Notes: generated from the letters alone by a model not told the origin. A DNA stretch of 64,000 nucleotides from Candidatus Pacearchaeota archaeon (GCA_017608705.1 JAFCFJ010000008.1:465-64464), one strand, 5' to 3'. Counted from the first letter of the stretch, positions 10,478 through 20,202 are shown. Numbers and translations: made by a program.

Positions 10478-10524
10478 AGGTGGAAAGATAAGATTTTTTA
10501 ACTTATACGATATTAGCCTGGAGT

Positions 10525-10595
10525 GCGCCAGTAGTCCAGTGGTAAGATACGGCCCTCCCAAGGCCGTGACCCGGGTTCGAATCCCGGCTGGCGCA
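10525..10595 (+). tRNA. tRNA-Gly(CCC)
   Basis: GCGCCAG/CTGGCGC acceptor, CGGCC-CTCCCAA-GGCCG anticodon arm, GGTTCGAATCC. Confidence 0.96.
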
Positions 10596-10614
10596 TTTTT
10601 TGAACACTAAGTTA

Positions 10615-11118
10615 TTACACGACCCAAATTCTATGCCTTGTCCCAAAAGCAACAGCCTTGCCTTTAGCATAAGCAAGAGCTACGAGACGGCAAACAACAG
10701 CATCCTTTTCATGTTTTGTGCCGTTCGTGGCATGAAAAATTTTCCTTGCTCTTGCGCTCAGCTTCATCACAGCATGCGGGTATGTTTCAATTGTTTCAAT
10801 ACCAAGTTTGCCAAGTTTTCTCTTTAGCCTCTTGCCACGTCTTGCCAGCAAGCGTAATGCTGGAAGATTGAAAGAAAAAATCTTTATGCCTGCTTTTCGT
10901 ATCGCGATATCGCAGTCCCTATAGTGGTATTTTCTTGGCATGCTCAGAGGCGCATCAATTGCCACAAGCTTTATTCCCTGTTTTCTCATCTCATGTATTA
11001 TCTCGTCATCACTATACAGAATCTTTGTTCCTCGCGCGGATGCATAGCCACTCTGCCTGTTTTCGAGGGCAGCGAGGTCAAGACCAGCTATTTCTTGTGC
11101 CTTTATCTTTTTAGACAT
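10615..11118 (-). CDS. DUF429-family predicted nuclease (RNase H-like fold)
   Basis: AGLDLAA, VAIDAPLS, RDCD, IETYPH, HEKDA motifs. Confidence 0.8.
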   Translation of the reverse strand: MSKKIKAQEIAGLDLAALENRQSGYASARGTKILYSDDEIIHEMRKQGIKLVAIDAPLSMPRKYHYRDCDIAIRKAGIKIFSFNLPALRLLARRGKRLKRKLGKLGIETIETYPHAVMKLSARARKIFHATNGTKHEKDAVVCRLVALAYAKGKAVAFGTRHRIWVV

Positions 11119-11155
11119 GCAAGTACGAAGTTTAGGGCACTTAATAATTTTATCC

Positions 11156-12079
11156 TCATTGATGAATATAATTCAGTCCTAGTTTTTCTGCATAAGAAAC
11201 TACGCATGCAAATTCTTGCTCGCCAACAGGCCTGCTTATTTCTTTATACATATAAGCTTTGAATTCTGGCCTGTATTGTTTCATGATGTTAAGCACAACT
11301 GAGCCTCTGTGCATGGCCTCGTGAAGATTTGCAGAGAGCCATTCCAGTACTGGCTTTGAACAGCACATGACATGACTTGGTAGCACAAGATGTCTTACCA
11401 GTACCTCTGCATGCTTTGTGGCATGCAGCAGATTCCTGCTGACAACAGAAAAATAGTTTTTTGCTTTGCTTAACTTAAAGGCACAGTCGTCGTTTCCATA
11501 TTTGAAATCAGCGAGATAAACGTCTATAATCTTATTGAGCATAGCCATACTTTCTTTTGTCATATAGAAATTGCTGTTCCACACTACTGGCAATTCCACC
11601 TTTAATCTTTTCAGCTCTCTCAGCATGGCGATTATAAATGGCAGATATGGTGTGGGCTCACCACCTACAAGATTTATATTTTTGCATGCGTCGCTTTGTG
11701 AAATTTTTGTTATGATCATAGCGAGCTCTCTTGCCGTAAGCTCTTGCGGTGTTTCAAGTCTATGGCTTATTGCATAGTTTTGGCAATATATACATGAGAG
11801 ATTGCAACTCCAGAAAAAGACGGTGAGGCTAGGCACGAGAAAGCTTTCTTCACCATAATGTGTGAAACAACTTGATACCAAGAGCTTGTCAGGAACTTTG
11901 CAATAGCCAAGCTCTCTGTTTATACGGTTGACATGACATTTTCTCTCGCAAAGCTCACAGCTTTCGAGCATAGTTCTTGCTTTATCTTCTAGTTGTTTGA
12001 GCTCTTTGCTAGTCAGCTTCGTAAATTTTGGTTTTTCTTTTCCGCTAACTATCTTGGTATATCTTGGTAGGATTTCCAT
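11156..12079 (-). CDS. Radical SAM protein, PflX-like
   Basis: CELCERKCHVNR, HYGEE, CNLSCIYCQN (CxxxCxxC), VGGEPTP, VRHLVLP. Confidence 0.9.
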   Translation of the reverse strand: MEILPRYTKIVSGKEKPKFTKLTSKELKQLEDKARTMLESCELCERKCHVNRINRELGYCKVPDKLLVSSCFTHYGEESFLVPSLTVFFWSCNLSCIYCQNYAISHRLETPQELTARELAMIITKISQSDACKNINLVGGEPTPYLPFIIAMLRELKRLKVELPVVWNSNFYMTKESMAMLNKIIDVYLADFKYGNDDCAFKLSKAKNYFSVVSRNLLHATKHAEVLVRHLVLPSHVMCCSKPVLEWLSANLHEAMHRGSVVLNIMKQYRPEFKAYMYKEISRPVGEQEFACVVSYAEKLGLNYIHQ

Positions 12080-12131
12080 GCAAGAACGAGGTAGAAAAAA
12101 TATAAAAATCTCGTTATTAGTATGGTGGCGA

Positions 12132-12203
12132 GGGGCTGTGGGCTAGTGGTTAGGCTTCCGGCTTAGGGAGCCGGCGACCCCGGTTCAAATCCGGGCAGCC
12201 CCA
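12132..12203 (+). tRNA. tRNA-Pro with AGG anticodon
   Basis: GGGGCTG/CAGCCCC-A acceptor identical to tRNA-Pro(CGG) at 50788; anticodon arm CCGGC-TTAGGGA-GCCGG; GGTTCAAATCC. Confidence 0.93.
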
Positions 12204-12220
12204 TACCACGGAATTAGAAA

Positions 12221-13636
12221 ATGACCAGGAAAAAGGAGAAACATGAAAATAGAAAAGAGGCAAGGCAGGATGAAGAAAGCCTTAAAGCCAAGGCAAGAGA
12301 GATAAGTGTCAAGGAAGGGATCTTTGCTTCGGTGCAGAGTGGTTTTGGTGACAGCTATGTAAGTGCTTATGCTATAGGCCTGAATGCAAGCAATATGCAT
12401 ATGGCTATGCTTAGTTCTTTTCCTGGCTTACTCGGGCCCGTATTTCAGTTTATAGGTTCAAGATTGATGGAGAAATATTCACGTAAGTACATTATTCTCC
12501 GGACAGTATTGCTTCAGGCATTAATGTGGCTTCCGATTTTATCACTTGGTGTATTATTCTGGCTGGGCGTATGGCAAAGCGCTTTACCTCTTATTCTGAT
12601 TTTTTTCTTTTCTCTCTATGTGATTTTTGGCTCTCTTGGGGCTCCTGCCTGGTTCTCGTGGATGGGTGATATTGTTGATGAAAAACACAGAGGTAGATAT
12701 TTCAGCATGCGCAACCGCATTTGTGGCTTCGTGGCTTTAGTGTCAAGTGTGACAGCAGCCTTTGCCCTCGATTTTTTCAAAAGACATAGTTTTATCCCTT
12801 TGGGTTTTTCCTTGCTATTCTTTATTGCTATGATTGGCAGATTAATCTCTTGGAATTTGTTCAAGCAACAATATGAGCCAAGGCTTAAACTGGAAAAGGG
12901 CTACTATTTTAGTTTTTTCCAGTTTATTTCTCGCGGTAGGAAAACGAATTTCGGTCGCTTCGTGATTTATACAACAGCTCTTGGCTTTGCTACTTCTATT
13001 GCTGGCCCTTTCTTCGCGGTTTTCATGCTTCGTGAGTTGCAATTTAGCTATGTGCAGTTCATGCTTGTGAGCGTTGCTATGAGCCTCTATTCTCTTATGG
13101 CTTTGCCACTCTGGGGTAAGTTTTCTGATATCTATGGCAATTACGAGCTTATCCGCCTTACCTCAGTGCTTATTTCTATCGTGCCATTTTTATGGATTTT
13201 TATGCATACTCCTCTCGCGTTAATCTTATTCGTGCAGTTCATAGCAGGAGTTGCGTGGGGCGGTTTCAACCTCGCGACCTCAAACTACATATATGATGCT
13301 GTTTCCCCACAGAGACGTGCCCTATGCGTCTCATACAAGAATATTCTTGGTGGTGCTGGAGGGATGCTCGGCGCATTTCTTGGGGGTATATTGACAAAAA
13401 CTGGTTTTGAATTCGGCAATAGTGTTTATCTTGGTGTTTTCTTTGTTTCAGGTATTATGCGTATTGTGGTGAATATGCTTCTTATTCATAGATTTAGGGA
13501 AGTGAGGCAGGTGAGAAGGCCTAGGATAAGAACGCTGGAGCATCTTGCTTTTAAGATAGTAACCTTGCCGTTTTATGAAATAAGCCATGAAATTGTATCA
13601 GTCAGACGTATGATGAAAAGGAGAAGGCATCACTGA
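12221..13636 (+). CDS. MFS transporter
   Basis: About 12 hydrophobic segments; WFSWMGDIVDEKHRGRYF and WGKFSDIYG loop motifs. Confidence 0.88.
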   Translation: MTRKKEKHENRKEARQDEESLKAKAREISVKEGIFASVQSGFGDSYVSAYAIGLNASNMHMAMLSSFPGLLGPVFQFIGSRLMEKYSRKYIILRTVLLQALMWLPILSLGVLFWLGVWQSALPLILIFFFSLYVIFGSLGAPAWFSWMGDIVDEKHRGRYFSMRNRICGFVALVSSVTAAFALDFFKRHSFIPLGFSLLFFIAMIGRLISWNLFKQQYEPRLKLEKGYYFSFFQFISRGRKTNFGRFVIYTTALGFATSIAGPFFAVFMLRELQFSYVQFMLVSVAMSLYSLMALPLWGKFSDIYGNYELIRLTSVLISIVPFLWIFMHTPLALILFVQFIAGVAWGGFNLATSNYIYDAVSPQRRALCVSYKNILGGAGGMLGAFLGGILTKTGFEFGNSVYLGVFFVSGIMRIVVNMLLIHRFREVRQVRRPRIRTLEHLAFKIVTLPFYEISHEIVSVRRMMKRRRHH

Positions 13637-13643
13637 TACCAAA

Positions 13644-14324
13644 CTATTGTTGTGGAAAAAGTTCTTTCCTAAGTTTTTTGGCGAATTTTCCAGCCGCATG
13701 GAGCGGTTCTGGAAGTTTATGGGGTTCGCGTGTAAATCTTTTGACAAGTTCCAAGGCTGTGTCTGGTGTGATCATATTTCCTGGGCTTATCAACAATGGT
13801 CTGCTTCCTTTTTTGCTTTGCCATACTTTGCCAACAATCTTACCATCTAAAATAATATTCTCTCCTTGTATCTCGCCGACAATGAGTTCATCAGCTATAC
13901 CGACTGTAGGAATATTTGTGGCAAGTGATAGGTGGCTTGCAATGCCAAGTCGTGGATGGGCTATGCCATGGCCCTTTACAAAAATTACATCAGGTTTTGT
14001 TTCTAAGTTGTTGATAGCGTGAACCATTGCCGGAAGCTCTCGATATGCGCGAAAGCCTGGAATGTATGGGAATGTTGTTTTATCTTCGTGAAATGCTTGC
14101 TCTATGATTTCAAGCTCAGGGTTCATTACAACAACAGCGCTAACAATTCTGTTCTTGAAGAAGCTATTATCAATTCCTGCTACACTATCCACAAGGCTGA
14201 AATCTATAGCATCCTTTATGCTGAGATGCTTTGCGAGTTTTCTTTGCTCTCGCTCCAGTCTAAATAACTCTTCGCGAGGAATTCCAAATTTTCTTGCGAT
14301 TTGCTCAGGGGTTTGCTTTGTCAT
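13644..14324 (-). CDS. nfi: Endonuclease V homolog with degenerate active site
   Basis: VAGID, FPYIPGFRAYRE, GHGIAHPR, ISPG, LPEPL; Lys at the conserved VDG Asp position. Confidence 0.88.
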   Translation of the reverse strand: MTKQTPEQIARKFGIPREELFRLEREQRKLAKHLSIKDAIDFSLVDSVAGIDNSFFKNRIVSAVVVMNPELEIIEQAFHEDKTTFPYIPGFRAYRELPAMVHAINNLETKPDVIFVKGHGIAHPRLGIASHLSLATNIPTVGIADELIVGEIQGENIILDGKIVGKVWQSKKGSRPLLISPGNMITPDTALELVKRFTREPHKLPEPLHAAGKFAKKLRKELFPQQ

Positions 14325-14446
14325 TTCACCCTTTTTATTATCTCCAAGGAATAAATATCTCAAATTTATAAATCTTTCGTTTTGTTGCCACTTTTCAGAT
14401 ATAACTCGGTAGAAAAATTTATAAAGTATATATTTGCTGAAGTGCT

Positions 14447-14728
14447 ATGGAAGGAAGAATAAAGATGCTGGAAACAAAAGTGGCCAAGTTGTATGAAGAG
14501 AAAATTGCCAGCAAGGGCAAGGAAGAAGAGTGCGTGTTTGATTTTGCTTTTAACGATTTACGCAATGATAGGTGGTGGTGCAAAGATCACGGGATTGACT
14601 ACGTGAATGTTGATAGCAAAGAAAACATACTTAAGGCAGCCTATGCTTTATTACAGGAATGGTCGCCTGCTTTAAGTAGGTTCTATCGTGAATGGTATTA
14701 TGAGCATATAGCAAGAAGAACGAGATAA
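14447..14728 (+). CDS. Hypothetical protein
   Basis: 93-aa ORF with TTTATAAA box about 30 nt upstream. Confidence 0.6.
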   Translation: MEGRIKMLETKVAKLYEEKIASKGKEEECVFDFAFNDLRNDRWWCKDHGIDYVNVDSKENILKAAYALLQEWSPALSRFYREWYYEHIARRTR

Positions 14729-14748
14729 CACAAAATATTTAAAGCTGA

Positions 14749-15438
14749 ATGCCTGGAAAAGAAGACATGTTCTCGAGAAAACGTTGCAAGAAGTGTGGTA
14801 AGTGGCTTAGCGGTGACTATGCTTACTGCCCTTACTGCGGTGTCAAGCTTTATGATGAGAGAGATTATGGTTTGCTTGGCAAAAATGACGAAGTAGAAAT
14901 GTTTGAAACTAGCGAGCGAATAAGCGACACATTTGATTTCTTTGGTTTGCCAGGCTTCGACAGGCTTTTCAAGAGGCTTTTCATAGAGCTTGAGAAACAG
15001 TTTCGCGAACTAGATAAGCAGTTCAGAGAGAGGCCAGAGGCAAGAGGTGGAATAAGCATCAGTATTTCTTCCATAGATGATAAACCCATCATAAAAGTTA
15101 AGACAGGTGGTGATTTTGGCAAGAAACCAAGGAAAGGGCGGCAGAAGATGAAAAGCTCTGCTCATGTTGAGGAAGAGCTTGCTAAAAAACTTGCAAAGCT
15201 TCCGCGTGAAGAACCGAGCTCAAGTGTAAGGCGGCTAGGTAGTAAGGTGGTGTATGAGATTGACTTGCCAGGTGTGAAGAGCTTGCGCGATGTTATTGTT
15301 AACAAGCTAGAAAACTCGATAGAGATAAAGGCTGTAGGGAAAGATAAGGCATATTTCAAGCTTATTCCTATAGATTTACCGATTAAGCGCTACATGCTGC
15401 GAAACGGTAAGCTAGTGCTAGAGCTTGAAGCTTTGTAA
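14749..15438 (+). CDS. Zinc-ribbon plus Hsp20/alpha-crystallin-like protein
   Basis: CxxC...CPYCG N-terminus; C-terminal YEIDLPGVKS...NSIEIKA...NGKLVLEL. Confidence 0.75.
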   Translation: MPGKEDMFSRKRCKKCGKWLSGDYAYCPYCGVKLYDERDYGLLGKNDEVEMFETSERISDTFDFFGLPGFDRLFKRLFIELEKQFRELDKQFRERPEARGGISISISSIDDKPIIKVKTGGDFGKKPRKGRQKMKSSAHVEEELAKKLAKLPREEPSSSVRRLGSKVVYEIDLPGVKSLRDVIVNKLENSIEIKAVGKDKAYFKLIPIDLPIKRYMLRNGKLVLELEAL

Positions 15439-15449
15439 GTTTTTCTTTT

Positions 15450-16241
15450 TTATTCCCTGTTTCCGAAGAAATATTGCATGGCCTCTCTCACATCGCCAAC
15501 TTCTATAACCTCAATTCCAACTTTTTCACCAACACTTATTTTCTTTGGCCTCGTTTCTGTAGTGCATATTCTTGCATTGCCAAATGTTTCACAATGCTGG
15601 CTTGTCTCATAGACAACATCTTTGGACTGCAAGAGAGGAACAAGGAATATTGTAGCATTGGCCTGTTTTGCAGCTTCCGCCTTTTCAAGGATTGCGGAGA
15701 CAGGCCCGATTGTGCCATCATGGTTTATCGTGCCTGTAATCATAACATCATCTCTTGGCTTTTTGCCTTCGAGCGCGGCTATTGTTGCTATGGTTATGGC
15801 AGCACCGGCACTTGGTCCTCCAATTATCGAGGCAGGTGCATGAATAGAATAGACAAGATCATAATGGCTGAGATTCTTGCCTGTGATGTTGCCGGCCACA
15901 AGCCTTGCCATTCTTATGCTATGTTGGGTATCAGCCCAGAACAATATATTATCTATGTCTACAAGGGTGCGTCCAGTTCCAGGTACAGCCTCAACCACAA
16001 GCGTTGTTGTCACGCCGTTCCCTTCAGAATCAACGGCAGGCAGTTTTAGGGTTACCAAAGTGGCATTTTCCGTCGAGAAGAATTTTGGGCCATGATAATA
16101 TTTAATCTCTTTCTGCTTTTCAGTCTCCTGTTTCATGGAAAAATAGAGCGCAAGTTCTGAGACAATGATAATGGCTAGGATTATGATAGCGATGTTGAGA
16201 ATTCGTTTTTTTCTATCCTCCATACCTTTTCCTCTTTTCAT
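15450..16241 (-). CDS. Membrane-anchored S16 (Lon-like) serine protease domain protein without ATPase
   Basis: N-terminal TM; GGPSAGAA, ITGTINHDGTIGPV, EKAEAA (Ser-Lys dyad). Confidence 0.88.
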   Translation of the reverse strand: MKRGKGMEDRKKRILNIAIIILAIIIVSELALYFSMKQETEKQKEIKYYHGPKFFSTENATLVTLKLPAVDSEGNGVTTTLVVEAVPGTGRTLVDIDNILFWADTQHSIRMARLVAGNITGKNLSHYDLVYSIHAPASIIGGPSAGAAITIATIAALEGKKPRDDVMITGTINHDGTIGPVSAILEKAEAAKQANATIFLVPLLQSKDVVYETSQHCETFGNARICTTETRPKKISVGEKVGIEVIEVGDVREAMQYFFGNRE

Positions 16242-16280
16242 TCTAAGATTCATATTTTCTGAGTTTAAAAATTTAAGGAG

Positions 16281-16355
16281 TGAGCCCGCGCGGATTTGAA
16301 CCGCGGACCTCCACGTTATCAGCGTGGCGCTCTAACCTGGCTGAGCTACGGGCTC
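16281..16355 (-). tRNA. tRNA-Ile(GAT)
   Basis: GAGCCCG acceptor, CCACG-CTGATAA-CGTGG anticodon arm, GGTTCAAATCC. Confidence 0.96.
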
Positions 16356-16473
16356 ACATTAGTGCTATGCCTTAGGCTTTTTAAAAATTTCCGCATCTCT
16401 TCGTTAAAGCAAGTTTTCATGATATTCGCAAGCTTTAAAAACCAGTTTTTTCTTGGCTTAGCATCTTGTTAAA

Positions 16474-17052
16474 ATGGTAAGGGGTTTGTATCATGTATTG
16501 CGCGAACTTTGGAAAAAGCCAGAGGAGCGTGTGCCTGATTACAAGACAAGGCTTATAGAGTGGCGAAAGGGACCGGCAATTGTTAAGCTAGAAAAGCCGA
16601 CAAGGCTGGATAGGGCACGTAGCCTTGGCTATAAGGCAAAGAAGGGTATTATCGTGGTTCGTGTTCGCGTGAGGCGTGGAGGTAGGAAGAGAACAAGGCC
16701 TAAGGCTGGGAGAAGAAGTAAGCGTATGACAGCACGCAAAACACTCAAAATGAGTTATCAGTGGGTGGCTGAGATGCGGGCTGCACGCAAATACAGGAAT
16801 CTTGAGGTGCTTAACTCATATTGGGTAGGGAAGGATGGTCAATACTATTATTATGAGGTCATTCTTGTTGATCCGAATAGACCTGAGATAAAAGCTGATA
16901 AGGAACTTAGCTGGCTGGCAAGCGGTAAGCATAAAGGCCGTGTTTTCCGTGGGCTTACATCAGCGGCAAAGAAATCGCGAGGCTTGCGCAAGAAATCGAG
17001 AGAGATGAAAGTGAGGCCAAGCTTGCGCGCGCATAGAAGGCGCGGAAAATAA
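16474..17052 (+). CDS. rpl15e: 50S ribosomal protein L15e
   Basis: PTRLDRARSLGYKAK, NLEVLNSYWVGKDG, GRVFRGLTSA. Confidence 0.97.
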   Translation: MVRGLYHVLRELWKKPEERVPDYKTRLIEWRKGPAIVKLEKPTRLDRARSLGYKAKKGIIVVRVRVRRGGRKRTRPKAGRRSKRMTARKTLKMSYQWVAEMRAARKYRNLEVLNSYWVGKDGQYYYYEVILVDPNRPEIKADKELSWLASGKHKGRVFRGLTSAAKKSRGLRKKSREMKVRPSLRAHRRRGK

Positions 17053-17123
17053 TTTCTTAGCTTTTTCCTGTTCTCTTAGGCTTGATTGTAAAACTTTTTA
17101 TATTCTCTCTTCCTCGATGATGC

Positions 17124-18464
17124 ATGAAACACAGGATAGAGAGTGATGGGGAGGGCAATGCAAAGAGCAAGGGGAAGGATGATGCCAGGAGGAAGGAAGC
17201 AAAACCCGGCGACAAAGTATGCGTTATAACACCGAAAGAAGAGATCGAGGGCTTGCTTCTCGAGAGTTTCGAGCCTGGCATAACTCTTGTCAAGCTTCCA
17301 TCTGGCTACAATATCGGGCTAAGGAATGAAGATATACTTGAGATCAAAGTTCTTGAGGGGCGAGAGAAGCGAGAGGAAAAAATCGAAAAGTTGAGTCGCA
17401 GGAAAGGTTTGGCTAATGTAGCTATGATCGCTACAGGTGGCACAATCTCATCGAGACTTGATCCAGCTACAGGTGGAGTTAAATGGCTGACCTCACCGCA
17501 AGAACTGATAAGGCTTTTTCCGGAAATTGCAGAGAGTGTTAATATTGTTAGCATAGAGAGCCCGTTCAGGCTTGCATCAGAGAATATGTCGCCTGATGAA
17601 TGGAAAGTTCTGGCTGAAAAAACCGCTTTATTGCTTAATAAGCAAGATGTTGATGGCGTGATCATTACGCATGGAACAGATTTTTTGCATTACAGCTCTG
17701 CAGCTCTTTCGTTCATGCTTCGTAATCTTAACAAACCCGTCGTCTTTACATATGCGCAAAGGAGTATAGATAGAGGGAGTTCTGACGCTAAGCTTAACCT
17801 ATTATGCTCGGCAAGAGTTGCATGCAGTAATATTGCCGAGGTTGTGTTGGTTGGTCATGCGACTCTTTCAGATGATTATTGTTATGCAATCTTTGGCACC
17901 AAAGCAAGAAAAATGCATTCTTCACGGCGGGACGCATTTCAAAGCATTAATGCTCAGCCTCTTGCAAGGGTATGGCCTGACAAGCTTGAGATTTTACAAG
18001 CTTACAGAAAGAAAGATGTGAGCAAAGAGGTTAAGGCTGATACCTCGTTTTGTAAGAAAATAGCTCTGGTTAAATTTTACCCAGGACAAAAGCCAGACAT
18101 TCTTGAGTATTATTTTGCTGAGGGCTATCGTGGTGTAGTTATCGAGGGTAGTGGGCTTGGTCATGTTGCGTCGAGCGAGGTTAAGCATAGTTGGTTGCCA
18201 GCAATACGCAAGCTGGTCAGGGATGGTGTGGTTGTATGTATGACAACGCAAACAATTTATGGCAGGGTTGATCCTTATGTGTATAGTCCTGGTCGCGAAC
18301 TGCTCAAGGCTGGTGTGCTTTACCTTAATGACATGCTTCCAGAGACAGCATTTGTCAAGCTGGGCTGGGTTCTTGGTCATAAGCAATGGCGCACTCCTGA
18401 GAAGGCAAGAGAAATGATGCTTCATAATTTTGCGCATGAGTTTAGTGATAGGCTTGTTCCCTGA
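17124..18464 (+). CDS. gatD: Glu-tRNA(Gln) amidotransferase subunit D
   Basis: VKLPSGYNIG N-domain, ATGGTISS, HGTD, QRSIDRGSSD, RKMHSSRRDAF. Confidence 0.95.
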   Translation: MKHRIESDGEGNAKSKGKDDARRKEAKPGDKVCVITPKEEIEGLLLESFEPGITLVKLPSGYNIGLRNEDILEIKVLEGREKREEKIEKLSRRKGLANVAMIATGGTISSRLDPATGGVKWLTSPQELIRLFPEIAESVNIVSIESPFRLASENMSPDEWKVLAEKTALLLNKQDVDGVIITHGTDFLHYSSAALSFMLRNLNKPVVFTYAQRSIDRGSSDAKLNLLCSARVACSNIAEVVLVGHATLSDDYCYAIFGTKARKMHSSRRDAFQSINAQPLARVWPDKLEILQAYRKKDVSKEVKADTSFCKKIALVKFYPGQKPDILEYYFAEGYRGVVIEGSGLGHVASSEVKHSWLPAIRKLVRDGVVVCMTTQTIYGRVDPYVYSPGRELLKAGVLYLNDMLPETAFVKLGWVLGHKQWRTPEKAREMMLHNFAHEFSDRLVP

Positions 18465-18471
18465 TTCTGGG

Positions 18472-18984
18472 TCACAATCTAAGCTTTGTCAAATAGAAGC
18501 CAGAGCTGTGTGGAATCATGAGCAAGCGCATGCCAAGAATATCGATCTCTTTTCCGCATGGCATATATTTTATACCTTTCTTTTCGAGCTGTTTTTTATT
18601 TCTTACAATTAGCATTCCGAGGGCTTCATATTCGGCATCTATCAATTCAATTCCTCTCCTCAGTCTGAAATATGGATGGTAATCCACAATTATCGTTTCG
18701 TCTTCACTTTGAATTTCGAGCCATGAGTGCAGGACAGCTTTATGTGTTGCTGCGAGATATTCTTTCAAGTACTTTTCTGCTTCCTTTTGTTTTTGGCATA
18801 TTATGTGCAAGAGAGAAGAGAGCTTGTATATCGTTATGCCATCTTTCACTTCCACATTTTCATAGCCAGCTCTTTTCAAATATGGCTGTAGTATTCTTGC
18901 AGCCTCGTGACATCTCAACCCATCATCCAGAGATGCTGTAGCCTTCTTGACCAGATTTTCCAATCTTTCATATTTCTTTGCCAT
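18472..18984 (-). CDS. Hypothetical protein with possible Cys-His-Asp (transglutaminase/papain-like) triad
   Basis: RCHEAA...LHSWLEI...IIVDY spacing pattern. Confidence 0.55.
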   Translation of the reverse strand: MAKKYERLENLVKKATASLDDGLRCHEAARILQPYLKRAGYENVEVKDGITIYKLSSLLHIICQKQKEAEKYLKEYLAATHKAVLHSWLEIQSEDETIIVDYHPYFRLRRGIELIDAEYEALGMLIVRNKKQLEKKGIKYMPCGKEIDILGMRLLMIPHSSGFYLTKLRL

Positions 18985-19045
18985 TTTGCCTTAATTTTGT
19001 AGTGATAACATAAACCATAAATATTTTGTGCTGTTTAAAAATATT

Positions 19046-19393
19046 ATGCATGGCAAGAGTATCGCTATCATTATATTTGTGCTTTTCGTGCTTCTTGTGG
19101 TGGGGGTAGTTGCCTTTATGTTTCACCGAGCAGAGCCAGAGAATTTTGAACAACAAATTATTCAGTCAGCCCTCAAGCTTTACAATCAGGCCAAGGCCCA
19201 GGGCATAAATTTTTCGAGCCAGTGTTTGGGCACAATAGAGGTGCAAGGTATAAGCTATGCTGTTGATATCGTGCATGTTCCGCGTAGCCCTATAGATAAT
19301 CTGCCAGAAAATCAATGTAAGGAGTATAGGGAAGGCAAGGTCAGACATTTTATCGAGCTGGATAAAGAAGGCAATGTGGTAAGAATAGTTTAG
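19046..19393 (+). CDS. Secreted or membrane-anchored hypothetical protein
   Basis: N-terminal hydrophobic helix; two Cys; AVDIVHVPRSPIDNLPENQC motif. Confidence 0.7.
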   Translation: MHGKSIAIIIFVLFVLLVVGVVAFMFHRAEPENFEQQIIQSALKLYNQAKAQGINFSSQCLGTIEVQGISYAVDIVHVPRSPIDNLPENQCKEYREGKVRHFIELDKEGNVVRIV

Positions 19394-19458
19394 TCGTCTG
19401 TAACTTTTAAGTAGTGAAAAATAGAAAGATTTATAAATTTGAAATATGTTTGATTATC

Positions 19459-20199
19459 ATGCCTACAAAAGCTTTTGAGGAGCGGTTTTACGGTTGTTTG
19501 TCGAAAAAATGTAAAATATTAAATACGAATTTGGAGGATGCTATATTCGTATTTGATACTAGTGCTTTTGTTTTATTGGATAGGGAGCTAAAGAACAAAT
19601 GCCCTGATTTCCTGGATACTTTCTATACTCAAACTAACAATATATTTATTCCTCGTCCGGTAATAGACGAATTGGTTTACCATAACGGTAGGGGTAAGAG
19701 TAATCCAGGAATTCAAAAGATCCGCGATGATACCTTGGTTTATGTTTGTGGAATAACTGGAACTTCTAGCCACAAAAATCTCGAAAAAGAAATAGAAGCG
19801 GTCTATGACGAAATGTGTAAGATCCATTTTAGCATATGCTTACTTTTGCCTACAATAGCAAAAGAATATGAGAGAAGAAATGTTTCTCATGTCGCCTATC
19901 GCCATAAAACTATCGTCGGGAGATTTGGTGATAGAAAGTCTTTAAGGACAGATATAGAAGTGGTATTTTCCGCATATCTTCTAAAATCTGTGTATCCTGA
20001 TAGGCATGTTTTACTTGTCACAGGCGATCAGCACCTGCTTTGCACAGTTCATCATCTTAATGAGGAGGGCAGATTCAAAAAGAAATATAATGGAGACGAA
20101 GTGAAGATTACTGTGGAGCGTGTTGATATAAAAACATTAGATCCAAATAATCCTTGTCATCAAAATAAATGCTATTTTAAGTTCGAGCGTGATGAATAA
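19459..20199 (+). CDS. PIN-domain ribonuclease
   Basis: Four acidic PIN positions: FVFDTS, PVIDEL, RTDIEV, LVTGDQHL; TTTATAAA about 30 nt upstream. Confidence 0.8.
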   Translation: MPTKAFEERFYGCLSKKCKILNTNLEDAIFVFDTSAFVLLDRELKNKCPDFLDTFYTQTNNIFIPRPVIDELVYHNGRGKSNPGIQKIRDDTLVYVCGITGTSSHKNLEKEIEAVYDEMCKIHFSICLLLPTIAKEYERRNVSHVAYRHKTIVGRFGDRKSLRTDIEVVFSAYLLKSVYPDRHVLLVTGDQHLLCTVHHLNEEGRFKKKYNGDEVKITVERVDIKTLDPNNPCHQNKCYFKFERDE

Positions 20200-20202
20200 A
20201 AA

